A DNA stretch of 64,000 bases from contig CALRGX010000005.1 in assembly GCA_943358385.1 (NCBI GenBank), positions 2,886 through 66,885 of the forward strand, read 5' to 3'. Origin of the DNA: Parcubacteria group bacterium (GTDB taxonomy: Bacteria; Patescibacteriota; Minisyncoccia; Phycocordibacterales; UBA2100). The position numbers and the translations under genes were made by a program. Below are positions 44,877 to 54,072 of the stretch, piece after piece (within the stretch, counting starts at the first letter, position 1; each line of letters opens with the position of its first letter). A model generated the notes under the pieces. The model worked only from the letters and a program-made list of their open reading frames with translations, made no database searches and was not told the DNA's origin.

Positions 44877-47237
44877 ATGTCCACATCAATGCAAGGTTTG
44901 TCAAAAGTGCTTCAAAGTGTTGCTCTCTGGAGCGCAACACTCACTGTGGCATTACTCCCCGTATTTTTCCTCCCTGTGCAATGGGCAACTATTGCGCATG
45001 CGAAATTCTTGTTGCTTGCATTGGGCGTGGGCATCGGCGTTGCGGCTGCAGCGATAGCGAGCTTGGTGCGTGGGGACATACGCATTCCAAAGAGCATTGC
45101 GCTTTTCACCGTCTTCTTGGTCCCCTTGGCCTATATGGCCTCAGGTTTGATGCGCGGTGATGCGCATAGTTTCTATGCAGTTGAGAGAGACACGGTCTTG
45201 GCGTCGCTCCTGTGGGCAGGCGCGCTGTGGCTTGCGGTCCTCGGTTTCCAAAGTCGCGTACGAGTACTGTGGGCATATCGTGCCTTTTTGATTCTGGCCA
45301 CACTCATCACACTCTTCCAGATCGCGCGGCTCCTCATTGGGCCTGATCTCTTTACCTTTGGCGGTGCGCTCATTGGTCCCTCTGCAAGCGTCGTTGGCTC
45401 GTGGCACGACCTGGCCATCTTCTTGGGCTTTACCTTCATCCTCGCTATCTCGTTTCTGGGGAGTACTCATGCGGAAGGCACCGATCGCATCATCAGCATA
45501 GCGACAGGTATCATTGCGTTTCTAGGTCTTGCACTCATCAATATGCTTGATGTGTGGGTAGTAATTTCACTCACGACGGGTGCAATTGGTGCGTACCATG
45601 TGTACCGCTTCTACGCGCAGGATAAAAAGTGGAGTGTTGATCTGTTGAAGCATACCAGCACCGCACTCTTCCTCGGTGCGGCACTCCTGGCAGGTCTCTT
45701 TGCGATTGCAGGCACCACACTACACACCGTATTACCAACGGCGCTGCAAGTTACTCAAGTGGAAGTGCGGCCTTCATGGCAAGGGACTTTTGATGTTGCC
45801 TCGGCCGTCTATCGATCTTCGGGCGCTCTTTTCGGCTCAGGACCAAACACCTTTGTACGCGAGTGGGGAATGTACAAGCCTGCTGGCGTAAACGAAACAG
45901 CGTTCTGGAACGCGGATTTTGCGCAAGGTGTTGGTTTTATTCCAACCTCGCTCATTACGCTAGGAATTTTCGGCGCGATCGCGTGGCTCTTGTTCCTTGG
46001 CAGTTTTGCGTTTGAAGGTGTGCGTACGCTCATGCGCTCGGCGTCTGACAACAGTGTTGAGCCAATCATTGCAGGCCTCTTTGGTGGAGCGCTCTATCTC
46101 TGGGCGCTGCATGTGACTTACCCACCAGGGCCAGCCATTATGGCGTTGGCATTTTTGGTGAGTGGCCTTGCAATTTCATGGGCTGCGCACTCAGGCACTA
46201 TTCCGCTGATTCATATCTCAACACTTGCTGGCAGCCCACGATGGAAAATATTCTCGGTCACCCTCGGTTTTATTGTGCTCGGTGCCGGTATGTTTGTTAC
46301 CTCGGGGCTGTTTGTGCGCGCACTTGCAGCCGACATGCTCGTCAACAAATCAGTCGCCTCATTTAATCGCACTGGCTCGCTCGAGCAATCAGATGCGCTA
46401 CTCAAGACATCACTCGCGCTCTATCCCGGATACGATCGTGCCCACCGTGCGAGCGTTGAGCTGGGGCTTCTGCAGCTCGCCACCTTGGCAAAGGATGCAA
46501 ACGCTGAAGATCAAGCACGAGTAAAGTTGCTCCAGGACACCGTTTCAAACGCTATTGCGCACGGCCTTGCTGCCGTTGAATCCAATGCAGACGATTATCA
46601 AAACTGGCTCACGCTCGCTCGCGCATACGAGCAACTGGCAGGTGCGCAGGTAGAAGGTGCCTATGAGCGCGCCATTGACGCATATCAGGGCGCCGTTGCA
46701 AAAAACCCTACCAATCCTGCGCCACACCTCCTCTTAGCGCGCCTTGCTCTTCTGAAAGAAGATGTGGAGGGTGCCAAGAGTCAGCTCGCGCTTGCCGTTC
46801 AAAAGAAACAGAACTTCGCCGAGGCATACTTCTTGCTCTCACAGATCGCATCCTCAGCAGGTGATGTCGAAGGTGCTATTGCTGCAGCAGAGCGAGCAGT
46901 GCTCTCTGCACCACAAGAACCGGTTGCATGGTTCCAGTTGGGTGCGCTTCAGTATGGTGCACAGACCTACGACAAGGCTGTTGCGGCACTTGAGCAAGCG
47001 GTACTCCTGAACACCAACTATGCAAACGCACTCTACGTTCTCTCGCTCTCATATGCCGCACAAGGCAGATTCGAAGAAGCTGCGCGCGCGATGGAGTTGG
47101 TTTCTGCACTCAACCCAGATAGTACGGACTTGAAAAGCCTGGTGCAACAGTTGCGCACACAGGCTACAGCTACGCCTGCACCAGCTGTTCAAGACGTTCC
47201 TGCAGTAGAAGCAACGGAGCCAGCAACTGCTGAATAA
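44877..47237 (+). CDS. O-antigen ligase (Wzy_C)-like polytopic membrane protein with C-terminal TPR repeats
   Basis: Ten or more TM helices are followed by a C-terminal ~300 aa of TPR-like repeats (AYERAIDAYQGAV..., AEAYFLLSQIAS..., ALYVLSLSYAAQGRFEEA). The start is trimmed to MSTSMQG to avoid the repeat array. Confidence 0.55.
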   Translation: MSTSMQGLSKVLQSVALWSATLTVALLPVFFLPVQWATIAHAKFLLLALGVGIGVAAAAIASLVRGDIRIPKSIALFTVFLVPLAYMASGLMRGDAHSFYAVERDTVLASLLWAGALWLAVLGFQSRVRVLWAYRAFLILATLITLFQIARLLIGPDLFTFGGALIGPSASVVGSWHDLAIFLGFTFILAISFLGSTHAEGTDRIISIATGIIAFLGLALINMLDVWVVISLTTGAIGAYHVYRFYAQDKKWSVDLLKHTSTALFLGAALLAGLFAIAGTTLHTVLPTALQVTQVEVRPSWQGTFDVASAVYRSSGALFGSGPNTFVREWGMYKPAGVNETAFWNADFAQGVGFIPTSLITLGIFGAIAWLLFLGSFAFEGVRTLMRSASDNSVEPIIAGLFGGALYLWALHVTYPPGPAIMALAFLVSGLAISWAAHSGTIPLIHISTLAGSPRWKIFSVTLGFIVLGAGMFVTSGLFVRALAADMLVNKSVASFNRTGSLEQSDALLKTSLALYPGYDRAHRASVELGLLQLATLAKDANAEDQARVKLLQDTVSNAIAHGLAAVESNADDYQNWLTLARAYEQLAGAQVEGAYERAIDAYQGAVAKNPTNPAPHLLLARLALLKEDVEGAKSQLALAVQKKQNFAEAYFLLSQIASSAGDVEGAIAAAERAVLSAPQEPVAWFQLGALQYGAQTYDKAVAALEQAVLLNTNYANALYVLSLSYAAQGRFEEAARAMELVSALNPDSTDLKSLVQQLRTQATATPAPAVQDVPAVEATEPATAE

Positions 47238-47245
47238 GGCGGCAT

Positions 47246-48922
47246 ATGATTCGTGATGCCCTGCGGATGCTACGCGGCGAAGTGCGTGGGATGCACGCCG
47301 CGGCATATGTGCTCGGGCTTTCTGCGCTCGGTTCAGCGCTCCTTGCACTCGTCCGCGATAGACTTTTCGCGCACACCTTTGGGGCGAGCGAAATGCTGGA
47401 CATCTACTATGCGGCGTTTCGCGTGCCCGACCTGATCTTCGTCTTAATCGCATCACTGTTCTCAGCATATGTGTTGATTCCTGAACTGGCAAAGCGGGTA
47501 GATCGCATTGATGCGCGTCGGTATCTTGATGCAATTTTTATTGGCTATGGGGCGCTGATGCTTGCGGTGAGCGCCATTGCGTTTGTGGCGACACCATACC
47601 TGCTTGAGGCATTGTTCCCCGAACTGTATGCCGGGGCTCATCGTGAAGAGTTTTTATTGTTGGCACGTATGCTTTTGTTACAACCACTCTTTCTGGGCGC
47701 ATCAAACATATTCGCCGCGATTACCCAACATGAAAATCGATATGGGCTGTATGCGATTACGCCGCTTCTGTACAATGCATCAATCATTGTGGGGCTAGTA
47801 CTGCTGTACCCGCAATTTTCACTCCTGGGTATTGGTATCGGTGTGGTTGTGGGCGCGTTTCTTCACCTTGCGGTGCAGGTGCCGGCAGCGTTCCAGTCAG
47901 GCTTCATTAATACAGGCATTCCGCGTGCAGATTTTGCGGTGGTATGGGAAACCATGCGTGTATCACTCCCTCGCACCCTCGCGCTTTCAATGGGGCAGCT
48001 CTTGATTTTTGGACTGCTCGCTTTGGCTGGTATGTTGCGCGAAGGATCCATTGCCATATTTATTTTTGCCCTTAATTTGCAGGCGGTCCCCCTCAGTATT
48101 ATCGGGGCAAGCTACTCCGTAGCGGCATTCCCGACACTCTCGCGCATGTTTGCACAAGGTGATACACCTGCGTTTGTAGAGCAAGTGGTGGGGGCCGCAC
48201 GACACATTATCTTTTGGTCTGCTCCTGCGGTCGCGCTTTTTATTGTGTTGCGAGCACACGTGGTGCGCGTAGTCTTGGGTTCGGGTGCATTTGATTGGAC
48301 CGACACACGATTGACGGCAGCAGCACTCGCGCTCTTGGTGACTGCACTTATACCCCAATCACTCTCGCTCCTTTTGGTGCGCGGTTACTACGCCGCTGGG
48401 CGCTCGTATGTTCCGCTCATTGTCACATTGCTTTCAAGTATCGTGGCTTACATCTTTGCACTGGGTTTCTTGGGAGCGTTTTCATTCGTTGGTGTGGTGC
48501 ATTTCGTGGGCGAGCTGCTACGTGTCTCGGACGTCCCTGGCGTGGAAATGCTCGCACTCCCTGCTGCATACAGTATCGGTATGTGGCTCTCATTCCTGTT
48601 ACTCACTATGCTGTTCGAGCGCCGATTTCAAGGATTTGTGCGTGGTATTTCGCGTACAGTGTGGGAGGCGCTCACGGCTGCTGGATTAGCGGGAGCTGCA
48701 GCTTATACTTTGCTCGCGGTATTGGGGGAAATATCTCCGCTCGACAGTCTCTTTGCCGTCTTGCTACAGGCCTCTGTGGCGGGCGTGGGCGGTATTTTAG
48801 TGGGGATTATGGTGTACGCCTTTGCGGGGAGCCAAGAGCTTCTAGAGACCTACCAAACGATTGCCCGCCGTACCAAGCCAGCGGCACACCCAGGCTCGAG
48901 CGAAGAGCAGCTCACCCAATAG
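47246..48922 (+). CDS. murJ: Lipid II flippase MurJ (MviN)
   Basis: LFAHTFGASEMLDIYYAAFRVPDLIF is the MurJ N-terminal signature. It has 14 TM segments and the length is 558 aa. Confidence 0.75.
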   Translation: MIRDALRMLRGEVRGMHAAAYVLGLSALGSALLALVRDRLFAHTFGASEMLDIYYAAFRVPDLIFVLIASLFSAYVLIPELAKRVDRIDARRYLDAIFIGYGALMLAVSAIAFVATPYLLEALFPELYAGAHREEFLLLARMLLLQPLFLGASNIFAAITQHENRYGLYAITPLLYNASIIVGLVLLYPQFSLLGIGIGVVVGAFLHLAVQVPAAFQSGFINTGIPRADFAVVWETMRVSLPRTLALSMGQLLIFGLLALAGMLREGSIAIFIFALNLQAVPLSIIGASYSVAAFPTLSRMFAQGDTPAFVEQVVGAARHIIFWSAPAVALFIVLRAHVVRVVLGSGAFDWTDTRLTAAALALLVTALIPQSLSLLLVRGYYAAGRSYVPLIVTLLSSIVAYIFALGFLGAFSFVGVVHFVGELLRVSDVPGVEMLALPAAYSIGMWLSFLLLTMLFERRFQGFVRGISRTVWEALTAAGLAGAAAYTLLAVLGEISPLDSLFAVLLQASVAGVGGILVGIMVYAFAGSQELLETYQTIARRTKPAAHPGSSEEQLTQ

Positions 48923-48960
48923 TTGCTCTTATGGCAACTCCTGCGTAGAGTGTCCACACT

Positions 48961-50730
48961 ATGCCCATTCGAAACTTTTCAATTATTGCTCATATCGACC
49001 ACGGCAAGTCCACGCTTGCCGACCGCATGCTCGAAGTAACCAACACGGTGGAGAAGCGTTCTATGCGCGCACAGGTCTTGGATTCAATGGAGCTCGAGCG
49101 AGAGCGTGGGATTACCATCAAAATGCAGCCAGTGAGAATGGAATGGAAAGGGCACACGGTGAACTTGATTGATACTCCCGGACACGTCGACTTTGCATAC
49201 GAAGTATCGCGAGCATTGTCGGCCGTTGAAGGAGTGGTGCTTTTGGTTGATTCTACACAAGGCGTGCAAGCTCAGACACTCTCGGTGCTGAATTCAGCAC
49301 AGGCTCTCGGACTCGTGATCATCCCCGTGCTTTCAAAAATTGATGCGCCGCACGCACGTGTCGAGGACGTTCGTTCAGAAGTGTCGCTCCTTTTGGGTTG
49401 TGAAGAAGAAGACATACTGCTCTGTTCAGGAAAGACTGGTGAGGGTGTGCCGGAACTCCTCGACACTATTATTGATAAGGTCTCACCACCACGCGCCGCT
49501 ACGGATGGTAACCGCGCGCTCATTTTCGATTTTTCGTACTCGGATCACCGTGGCGTGATTATGTATTGCCGCGTCTTTGATGGCGCGTTCAAAAAAGGCG
49601 ATCGCATGCGCTTTGTGGCCGCAGGTGAAGAATTTATCGCCGCAGAAGTGGGGGTTATGAAGCCGGACGAAACTCCTGCGGAAGCACTCGGGCCGGGCGA
49701 CATTGGTTACATCGTGACCGGCATCAAACGGCCAGGTGTGGCATCAGTGGGTGACACCGTAACGCTCGCGAAATTACCGTCGACGTCTCTCGGGGGATAC
49801 CGCACGCCTGCGCCGGTGATTTGGGCGAGTGTGTATCCGGAAGGGCAAGACGATTTTGTGCTCTTGCGCCAAGCACTCGAGCGCCTGCGCCTCACGGATT
49901 CATCTCTTTCATACGAAGAAGAACAATCGGGCATTATGGGGCGAGGATTTCGTTGCGGTTTTTTGGGAATGCTTCACTTGGAAATTATTACAGAGCGTTT
50001 GCGTCGTGAATTCTCGCTGGAATTGGTAGTTACTCTCCCGACAACGGTCTATGAGGTCACTACAGCGAGTGAAATGCTCACCATCTATTCGCCAGCACGT
50101 TTTCCTGATGACGGCTCTATCAAAGGGGTGCGCGAGCAGTGGGCGCGCATGCACGTATACACTCCATCGAATTCTCTTGGGCCGATTGTGCAGCTTCTGC
50201 ACGAGCACGAAGCAAACACCGAAAGTACGGAAACACTTCCTGATGGCCGTATTCAGATTGTCGCCACCATGCCATTGCGTGAAATGATGCGCGGTTTTTT
50301 CGATCAGCTCAAAAACGCATCATCAGGTTTTGCGTCGCTCTCGTATGAATTGATGGGTATGCACGATGCTGAGGTGGCACGTTTGGATATTTTGGTGAAC
50401 GAAGAGGTGATGCCGGCATTTTCGCGCATCGTATCAAAGCGCCGTGTGCAAGAAGAGGGCGAGGCGATGGTTGAGCGTCTTGAAAAGCTCCTCCCGCAAC
50501 AATTGTTCGTACTGAAAATCCAGGCGAAAGCAGCGGGGCGTATTATTGCTTCTCGTCGCAAGTCGGCACGCCGAAAAGACGTAACCGGCTACCTGTATGG
50601 GGGCGACATTACCCGCAAAATGAAGCTTCTGGAGAAGCAGAAGAAAGGAAAGAAGCGTCGCGCCGAGCTCGGTGGTACGAAGGTAAACATTCCGCACGAT
50701 GTGTTTTTGAAAGTGATGAGGGAAGAATAG
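48961..50730 (+). CDS. lepA: Elongation factor 4 (LepA)
   Basis: IRNFSIIAHIDHGKSTLADR is the G1 motif, DTPGHVDF is G3, and there is a LepA-specific C-terminal domain. The length is 589 aa. Confidence 0.9.
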   Translation: MPIRNFSIIAHIDHGKSTLADRMLEVTNTVEKRSMRAQVLDSMELERERGITIKMQPVRMEWKGHTVNLIDTPGHVDFAYEVSRALSAVEGVVLLVDSTQGVQAQTLSVLNSAQALGLVIIPVLSKIDAPHARVEDVRSEVSLLLGCEEEDILLCSGKTGEGVPELLDTIIDKVSPPRAATDGNRALIFDFSYSDHRGVIMYCRVFDGAFKKGDRMRFVAAGEEFIAAEVGVMKPDETPAEALGPGDIGYIVTGIKRPGVASVGDTVTLAKLPSTSLGGYRTPAPVIWASVYPEGQDDFVLLRQALERLRLTDSSLSYEEEQSGIMGRGFRCGFLGMLHLEIITERLRREFSLELVVTLPTTVYEVTTASEMLTIYSPARFPDDGSIKGVREQWARMHVYTPSNSLGPIVQLLHEHEANTESTETLPDGRIQIVATMPLREMMRGFFDQLKNASSGFASLSYELMGMHDAEVARLDILVNEEVMPAFSRIVSKRRVQEEGEAMVERLEKLLPQQLFVLKIQAKAAGRIIASRRKSARRKDVTGYLYGGDITRKMKLLEKQKKGKKRRAELGGTKVNIPHDVFLKVMREE

Positions 50731-50776
50731 GGAGAAGCGTATAGGGAAAAGTGTGAAAAAGGGGGGGGTGTAGGAA

Positions 50777-50802
50777 GAGGCCGCTGCAGATTGCAGCGGC
50801 CT
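50777..50802. terminator. Hairpin after lepA (bidirectional)
   Basis: GAGGCCGCTGCA-ga-TTGCAGCGGCCTC. Confidence 0.5.
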
Positions 50803-50812
50803 CTGTAGGCGA

Positions 50813-51079
50813 TTAGGACGTGGGGCCGGGACCGTAGGAGTCGAAGTCCTTGACGGGCGCCTCGAGCGCTTTGAGCATGCGCACGAGGCTCTCGCGGAGC
50901 TCCTCAATGGTGTCGCCTTGGGCGGCGACAGCTTCCTCCGTAATGCTCACCGAGCCGTCGGAGCCGGTGTGCTCCTCGTGGATGGCCAGGAAATGGCCAT
51001 CCAAGCCGCCTCCATAAGGACGCCGAATTACGACGTGGCGCCATTTCGCAGGGGTCGTGGCGGTATCAGTGTCAGTCAT
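50813..51079 (-). CDS. HicB-like antitoxin-domain protein (UPF0150-type), orphan
   Basis: AAGGAGG-N6-ATG precedes the start. YGGGLDGHFLAIHEEH...AAQGDTIEELRESL resembles the HicB N-domain motif (...pdlpGc...qGdTleEa). Confidence 0.45.
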   Translation of the reverse strand: MTDTDTATTPAKWRHVVIRRPYGGGLDGHFLAIHEEHTGSDGSVSITEEAVAAQGDTIEELRESLVRMLKALEAPVKDFDSYGPGPTS

Positions 51080-51221
51080 GCAAACCTCCTTGATAACCGA
51101 ATATATAATAACACAAAAACAGGTAAACACAAGTTTTAGTCTTTCAACAACAGAAGAGCGGCAGTGACATTTGTTCTGCCTCTGAATATCCGATACGATT
51201 CAAGTAGAAAGGAGATGCTCA

Positions 51222-51545
51222 ATGCGCATACTGGTGCACGCTGATCCACAACCTCACGTGAAAGAGCCGATGTTTGTAAAAGAGGCCTACATCGGGCTCA
51301 TTCTCGATGTAGAACGTGCGTTTCTTGGGCACCGAGCTCCCGACAAATGGCCAAACGGTTTGTACATGGTGTGTCTCGCAGACGTGCTAGAAGCGATGCG
51401 GGAGGTAAGTCCTCTGGCATATGAATGGCTCCGCAACGAAGAACAGAGCGCAGACACTTACATGCGTGAACACGGTGATCCAACAGGAGTGCAGCTGCCA
51501 TTTCCAGCGGAGTGCTGCACGGAGGTACCAGAACGGTTTCATTGA
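51222..51545 (+). CDS. Hypothetical protein
   Basis: AGGAG-N6-ATG precedes the start. No recognisable domain was found. A terminator follows. Confidence 0.45.
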   Translation: MRILVHADPQPHVKEPMFVKEAYIGLILDVERAFLGHRAPDKWPNGLYMVCLADVLEAMREVSPLAYEWLRNEEQSADTYMREHGDPTGVQLPFPAECCTEVPERFH

Positions 51546-51550
51546 TGTGA

Positions 51551-51580
51551 AAGTCAGCCCACCGATGTGGGCTGACTTCT
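51551..51580 (+). terminator. Rho-independent terminator
   Basis: AAGTCAGCCCAC-cgat-GTGGGCTGACTT. Confidence 0.7.
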
Positions 51581-51725
51581 TGACTGCCTGCTAGAAGAAA
51601 ATTCCTGGAGCAAACAACGCAACCATCGAGAGAATGATCAAGACGGCGATAATCTTCCAAATCCAGGTGAGGACCTTGGTTGTTTTTTTATGAAATAGAA
51701 AACTCATACGTGGTAGAATATCAGA

Positions 51726-52094
51726 ATGAGAGAGTTCGAGCAACGCAGGCACCCCGCACGGCTTCTGGGGAAAAGGCTCATTACGGTGGTGCTTTTTATA
51801 GCGCTTTTGCTGGCAGTAAAAGGGGCGTGGGGGGTGTACGATAAAAAGCAAGAAACTGACCGATTGCGCACGGAAGCTGAAGCAAAGATGAGCGAGCTTT
51901 CGGAGCGGTCAGAAGCGCTCTCGGAGACGGTGGCCAAACTTAAGACCGAAGAGGGTATAGAAGCAGAATTGAGGCGGCAATTCGAAGTGGGGAAAGAAGG
52001 GGAGGGAGTGATTATTGTGATGGACGGAGAGCCAATAGTTGCCGAGACTCCCACGAGTACTGTATGGTGGAAGAAATTGAAAAGTTCTGAATAG
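51726..52094 (+). CDS. Septum-formation initiator (FtsB/DivIC)-like protein
   Basis: A single N-terminal TM is followed by a coiled-coil region rich in E/K/L heptads. Confidence 0.4.
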   Translation: MREFEQRRHPARLLGKRLITVVLFIALLLAVKGAWGVYDKKQETDRLRTEAEAKMSELSERSEALSETVAKLKTEEGIEAELRRQFEVGKEGEGVIIVMDGEPIVAETPTSTVWWKKLKSSE

Positions 52095-52112
52095 CGACAC
52101 TACTACGTAAGG

Positions 52113-52141
52113 GCGCGCTAGATTCATAGAATCTAGCGCGC
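52113..52141. terminator. Bidirectional terminator between convergent genes
   Basis: GCGCGCTAGATTC-ata-GAATCTAGCGCGC. Confidence 0.65.
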
Positions 52142-52162
52142 GATGGATTGAGGATGCTGACG

Positions 52163-52603
52163 CTATACGCCACGCACGCGCGACCCGCTATCGATCGCGA
52201 CCATGCGATGATGGAGCGAAACGACGTTGTCGTAAAATGCTTGGAACGTTTCGGGAAGTGCACGCAGCTGTGGATGCTCAGTACTCCACTGGTCGCTGTA
52301 CAGATCCGCGATGGCGCGCTTTGCCCTTGCCGTGCCCCATCCGTCCACCTCCTCTCCTTCGAGCTGACTTCGCTGAACGAGCGCCCAGCTCGCCAGCATG
52401 AGCATTCTGCTGGTCATCTGCATAGATGCACCAACATACGCGCCCTGAAGTGCTCGAGAGAGCTTCTTGCACTCTCGTCGTCCTTGGCCGTCAAGATACG
52501 TGGCCATTGATTCGGTAAGACTCATTGCCTCGGTGAAAAGTCCATCGAACTTGCGTTTTTTGTACTCTGCACCAAAAGAAACAACGGTGACAGGTGATGT
52601 CAT
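52163..52603 (-). CDS. Hypothetical protein
   Basis: The start MTSPVTVVSF is preceded by GAGGA-N5. A longer start would overlap the tRNA-Gly promoter. Confidence 0.45.
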   Translation of the reverse strand: MTSPVTVVSFGAEYKKRKFDGLFTEAMSLTESMATYLDGQGRRECKKLSRALQGAYVGASMQMTSRMLMLASWALVQRSQLEGEEVDGWGTARAKRAIADLYSDQWSTEHPQLRALPETFQAFYDNVVSLHHRMVAIDSGSRVRGV

Positions 52604-52688
52604 GTGGTCCTCGCTTTCTCTGTGCGCATAGTGCAACGCGTACATGCGCGAGTCAATGCACACAGCGCGAGCACAGGAGTCCGAGTCT

Positions 52689-52697
52689 TGGTATAAT
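52689..52697 (+). promoter_or_regulatory. Extended -10 promoter (TGgTATAAT) for tRNA-Gly
   Basis: TGGTATAAT ends 10 nt before tRNA position 1. Confidence 0.5.
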
Positions 52698-52707
52698 CGG
52701 CGCGTAC

Positions 52708-52778
52708 GCGGAATTAGTTCAGTGGTAGAACGAATGCTTCCCAAGCATTAGACGCGGGTTCGATTCCCGCATTCCGCA
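52708..52778 (+). tRNA. tRNA-Gly (anticodon CCC)
   Basis: The acceptor is GCGGAAT/ATTCCGC with discriminator A. The anticodon stem AATGC/GCATT carries the loop TTCCCAA. The T-arm is GCGGG-TTCGATT-CCCGC. Confidence 0.85.
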
Positions 52779-53204
52779 CAAAAAAGATGAGCTGGAAGCG
52801 TGAGCTTCCGGCGATTACTTTTTGTAGCGAAATGCGGGAATCGAAAGGCGGAGCCTGAATGAATGCCGAACTGAGTGAGGCAGAGAACAGGCGAGCCCGG
52901 GGAGGAAGCACTTAGATTTTTCTGCGTGAGCTAGAAAAAACTTAGTGACTTGACCCCGATTCCCGCATTCCGCACAAAACTCGCTGAGCGAGTGTGTGTG
53001 GAATGAGAAACATGCCTGCGCATGTTTCGTCGGGAATCGAAGCCCGGAGCGTTGTGTTTGTTTGTGTAGCAAGGCAAACACCCTGCCCGACCGGCAGGCG
53101 GGCGCGAGGGCCGGCTCGAAGAAAATTGCGTCAGCAATTTTACTGAGAGGATCCCGCATTCCGCGTTATCGTAAATATCCCTGATTGATTCCCGCATTCC
53201 GCAC
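52758..53204. repeat. Patchwork of direct and inverted copies of the tRNA-Gly 3' end
   Basis: Direct copies of GATTCCCGCATTCCGCAC(AAAA) lie at 52763-80 (in the tRNA), 52958-79 (22 bp), 53152-64 (13 bp) and 53187-204 (18 bp). Inverted partial copies ATGCGGGAATCGAA lie at 52832-45 and CGGGAATCGAA at 53031-41. The arrangement looks like two ~195-bp units, each a direct core, a hairpin and an inverted core. Confidence 0.6.
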
Positions 53205-53271
53205 TCCACTATCCACTTGCGTCCCTGTGGAGTGCCAATGCTATACTGACCCTCTAAAAGCTAGCGTGCAC

Positions 53272-53511
53272 ATGCGTATGCAATCAGTAACCATTTACAG
53301 CACTCCTACCTGCCACTTCTGTCACATGGCAAAGGAGTTTTTTACAGAGAATAAAGTTGAGTATACCGAGCATGACGTTGCGGCAGATATGGAAAAGCGC
53401 AATGAAATGATTGAGAAAAGTGGCCAGATGGGAGTACCGGTCATTATGATTGGCAGTGAATTGATCGTAGGATTTGACGAGGATACCTTGCGCGAAAAAC
53501 TGGGCTTGTAA
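53272..53511 (+). CDS. Glutaredoxin-family (NrdH/Grx-like) small redox protein, CHFC active site
   Basis: VTIYSTPTCHFCHMAKEFF...GVPVIMIGSELIVGFD has a thioredoxin-fold CxxC and the Grx GVP motif. Confidence 0.6.
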   Translation: MRMQSVTIYSTPTCHFCHMAKEFFTENKVEYTEHDVAADMEKRNEMIEKSGQMGVPVIMIGSELIVGFDEDTLREKLGL

Positions 53512-53571
53512 AAGTTTCTTCCCGTAAAGCCTGCCTCCAACGAGGTGGGCTTTGTGCTACAGTTGCTGCGA

Positions 53572-53643
53572 GCCTCCATAGTTCAATGGATAGAACAGAC
53601 CCGTCCTAAGGGTTAGATCCTGGTTCGATTCCGGGTGGGGGCA
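53572..53643 (+). tRNA. tRNA-Arg (anticodon CCT)
   Basis: The acceptor is GCCTCCA/TGGGGGC plus A. The anticodon stem GACCC/GGGTT carries the loop GTCCTAA. The T-arm is CCTGG-TTCGATT-CCGGG. Confidence 0.75.
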
Positions 53644-53665
53644 CTGAAATGGTATAATCTTTGCC

Positions 53666-53995
53666 ATGCCCCCCAACACTGAAGATCTTCTTAAGAAAAT
53701 ATACGAGCTCGAGCGTGACAATAACCGCATGCTTCACGCCATGCGTCGCAGCTCCTTCATCTCGGGGACGCTCAAGGTGATTATGTGGATTGTGGCGCTG
53801 ATCATTCCTCTGTATATCTACATTAATTACCTTGGTCCGGCCTTGAATCAAGCCATGGGGGCCTTGAATCAAGTACAGGGGCAGATGCAGCAGGTACAGG
53901 AAGCGGGAGCCAAAATATCCGTGCCTTTTTCTGAATTTTCTGGTATCTTGGAAGGGCTCAAGAAGTACGCTCCAAAGGGGAGTACCGAGCAATAA
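53666..53995 (+). CDS. Small hypothetical membrane protein
   Basis: It has one central TM helix, a Q-rich C-terminal segment and no recognisable domain. Confidence 0.4.
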   Translation: MPPNTEDLLKKIYELERDNNRMLHAMRRSSFISGTLKVIMWIVALIIPLYIYINYLGPALNQAMGALNQVQGQMQQVQEAGAKISVPFSEFSGILEGLKKYAPKGSTEQ

Positions 53996-53996
53996 T

Positions 53997-54070
53997 GCCC
54001 AGGTAGCTCAGTTGGTTAGAGCATTCGCCTGAAGAGCGAAGGGTCGCCGGTTCGAATCTGGCCCTGGGCA
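53997..54070 (+). tRNA. tRNA-Phe (anticodon GAA)
   Basis: GCCCAGGTAGCTCAGTTGGTTAGAGC...CTGAAGA...GGTTCGAATCTGGCCCTGGGCA has the canonical bacterial tRNA-Phe features. Confidence 0.85.
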
Positions 54071-54072
54071 CA

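Noticed and set aside
44036-44884. Three minus-strand ORFs (44036..44323, 44337..44822, 44426..44884) and the 5' part of 44688..47237
   Set aside because: They overlap the RNase P RNA and the 80-bp tandem array. The conserved rnpB motifs and repeat structure explain the region. The ligase/TPR gene start was moved to 44877.
52815-53209. ORFs 52815..53159(-), 52931..53209(-), 52996..53184(+)
   Set aside because: They lie entirely within the tRNA-Gly-derived repeat patchwork, have no SD, and are not protein-like.
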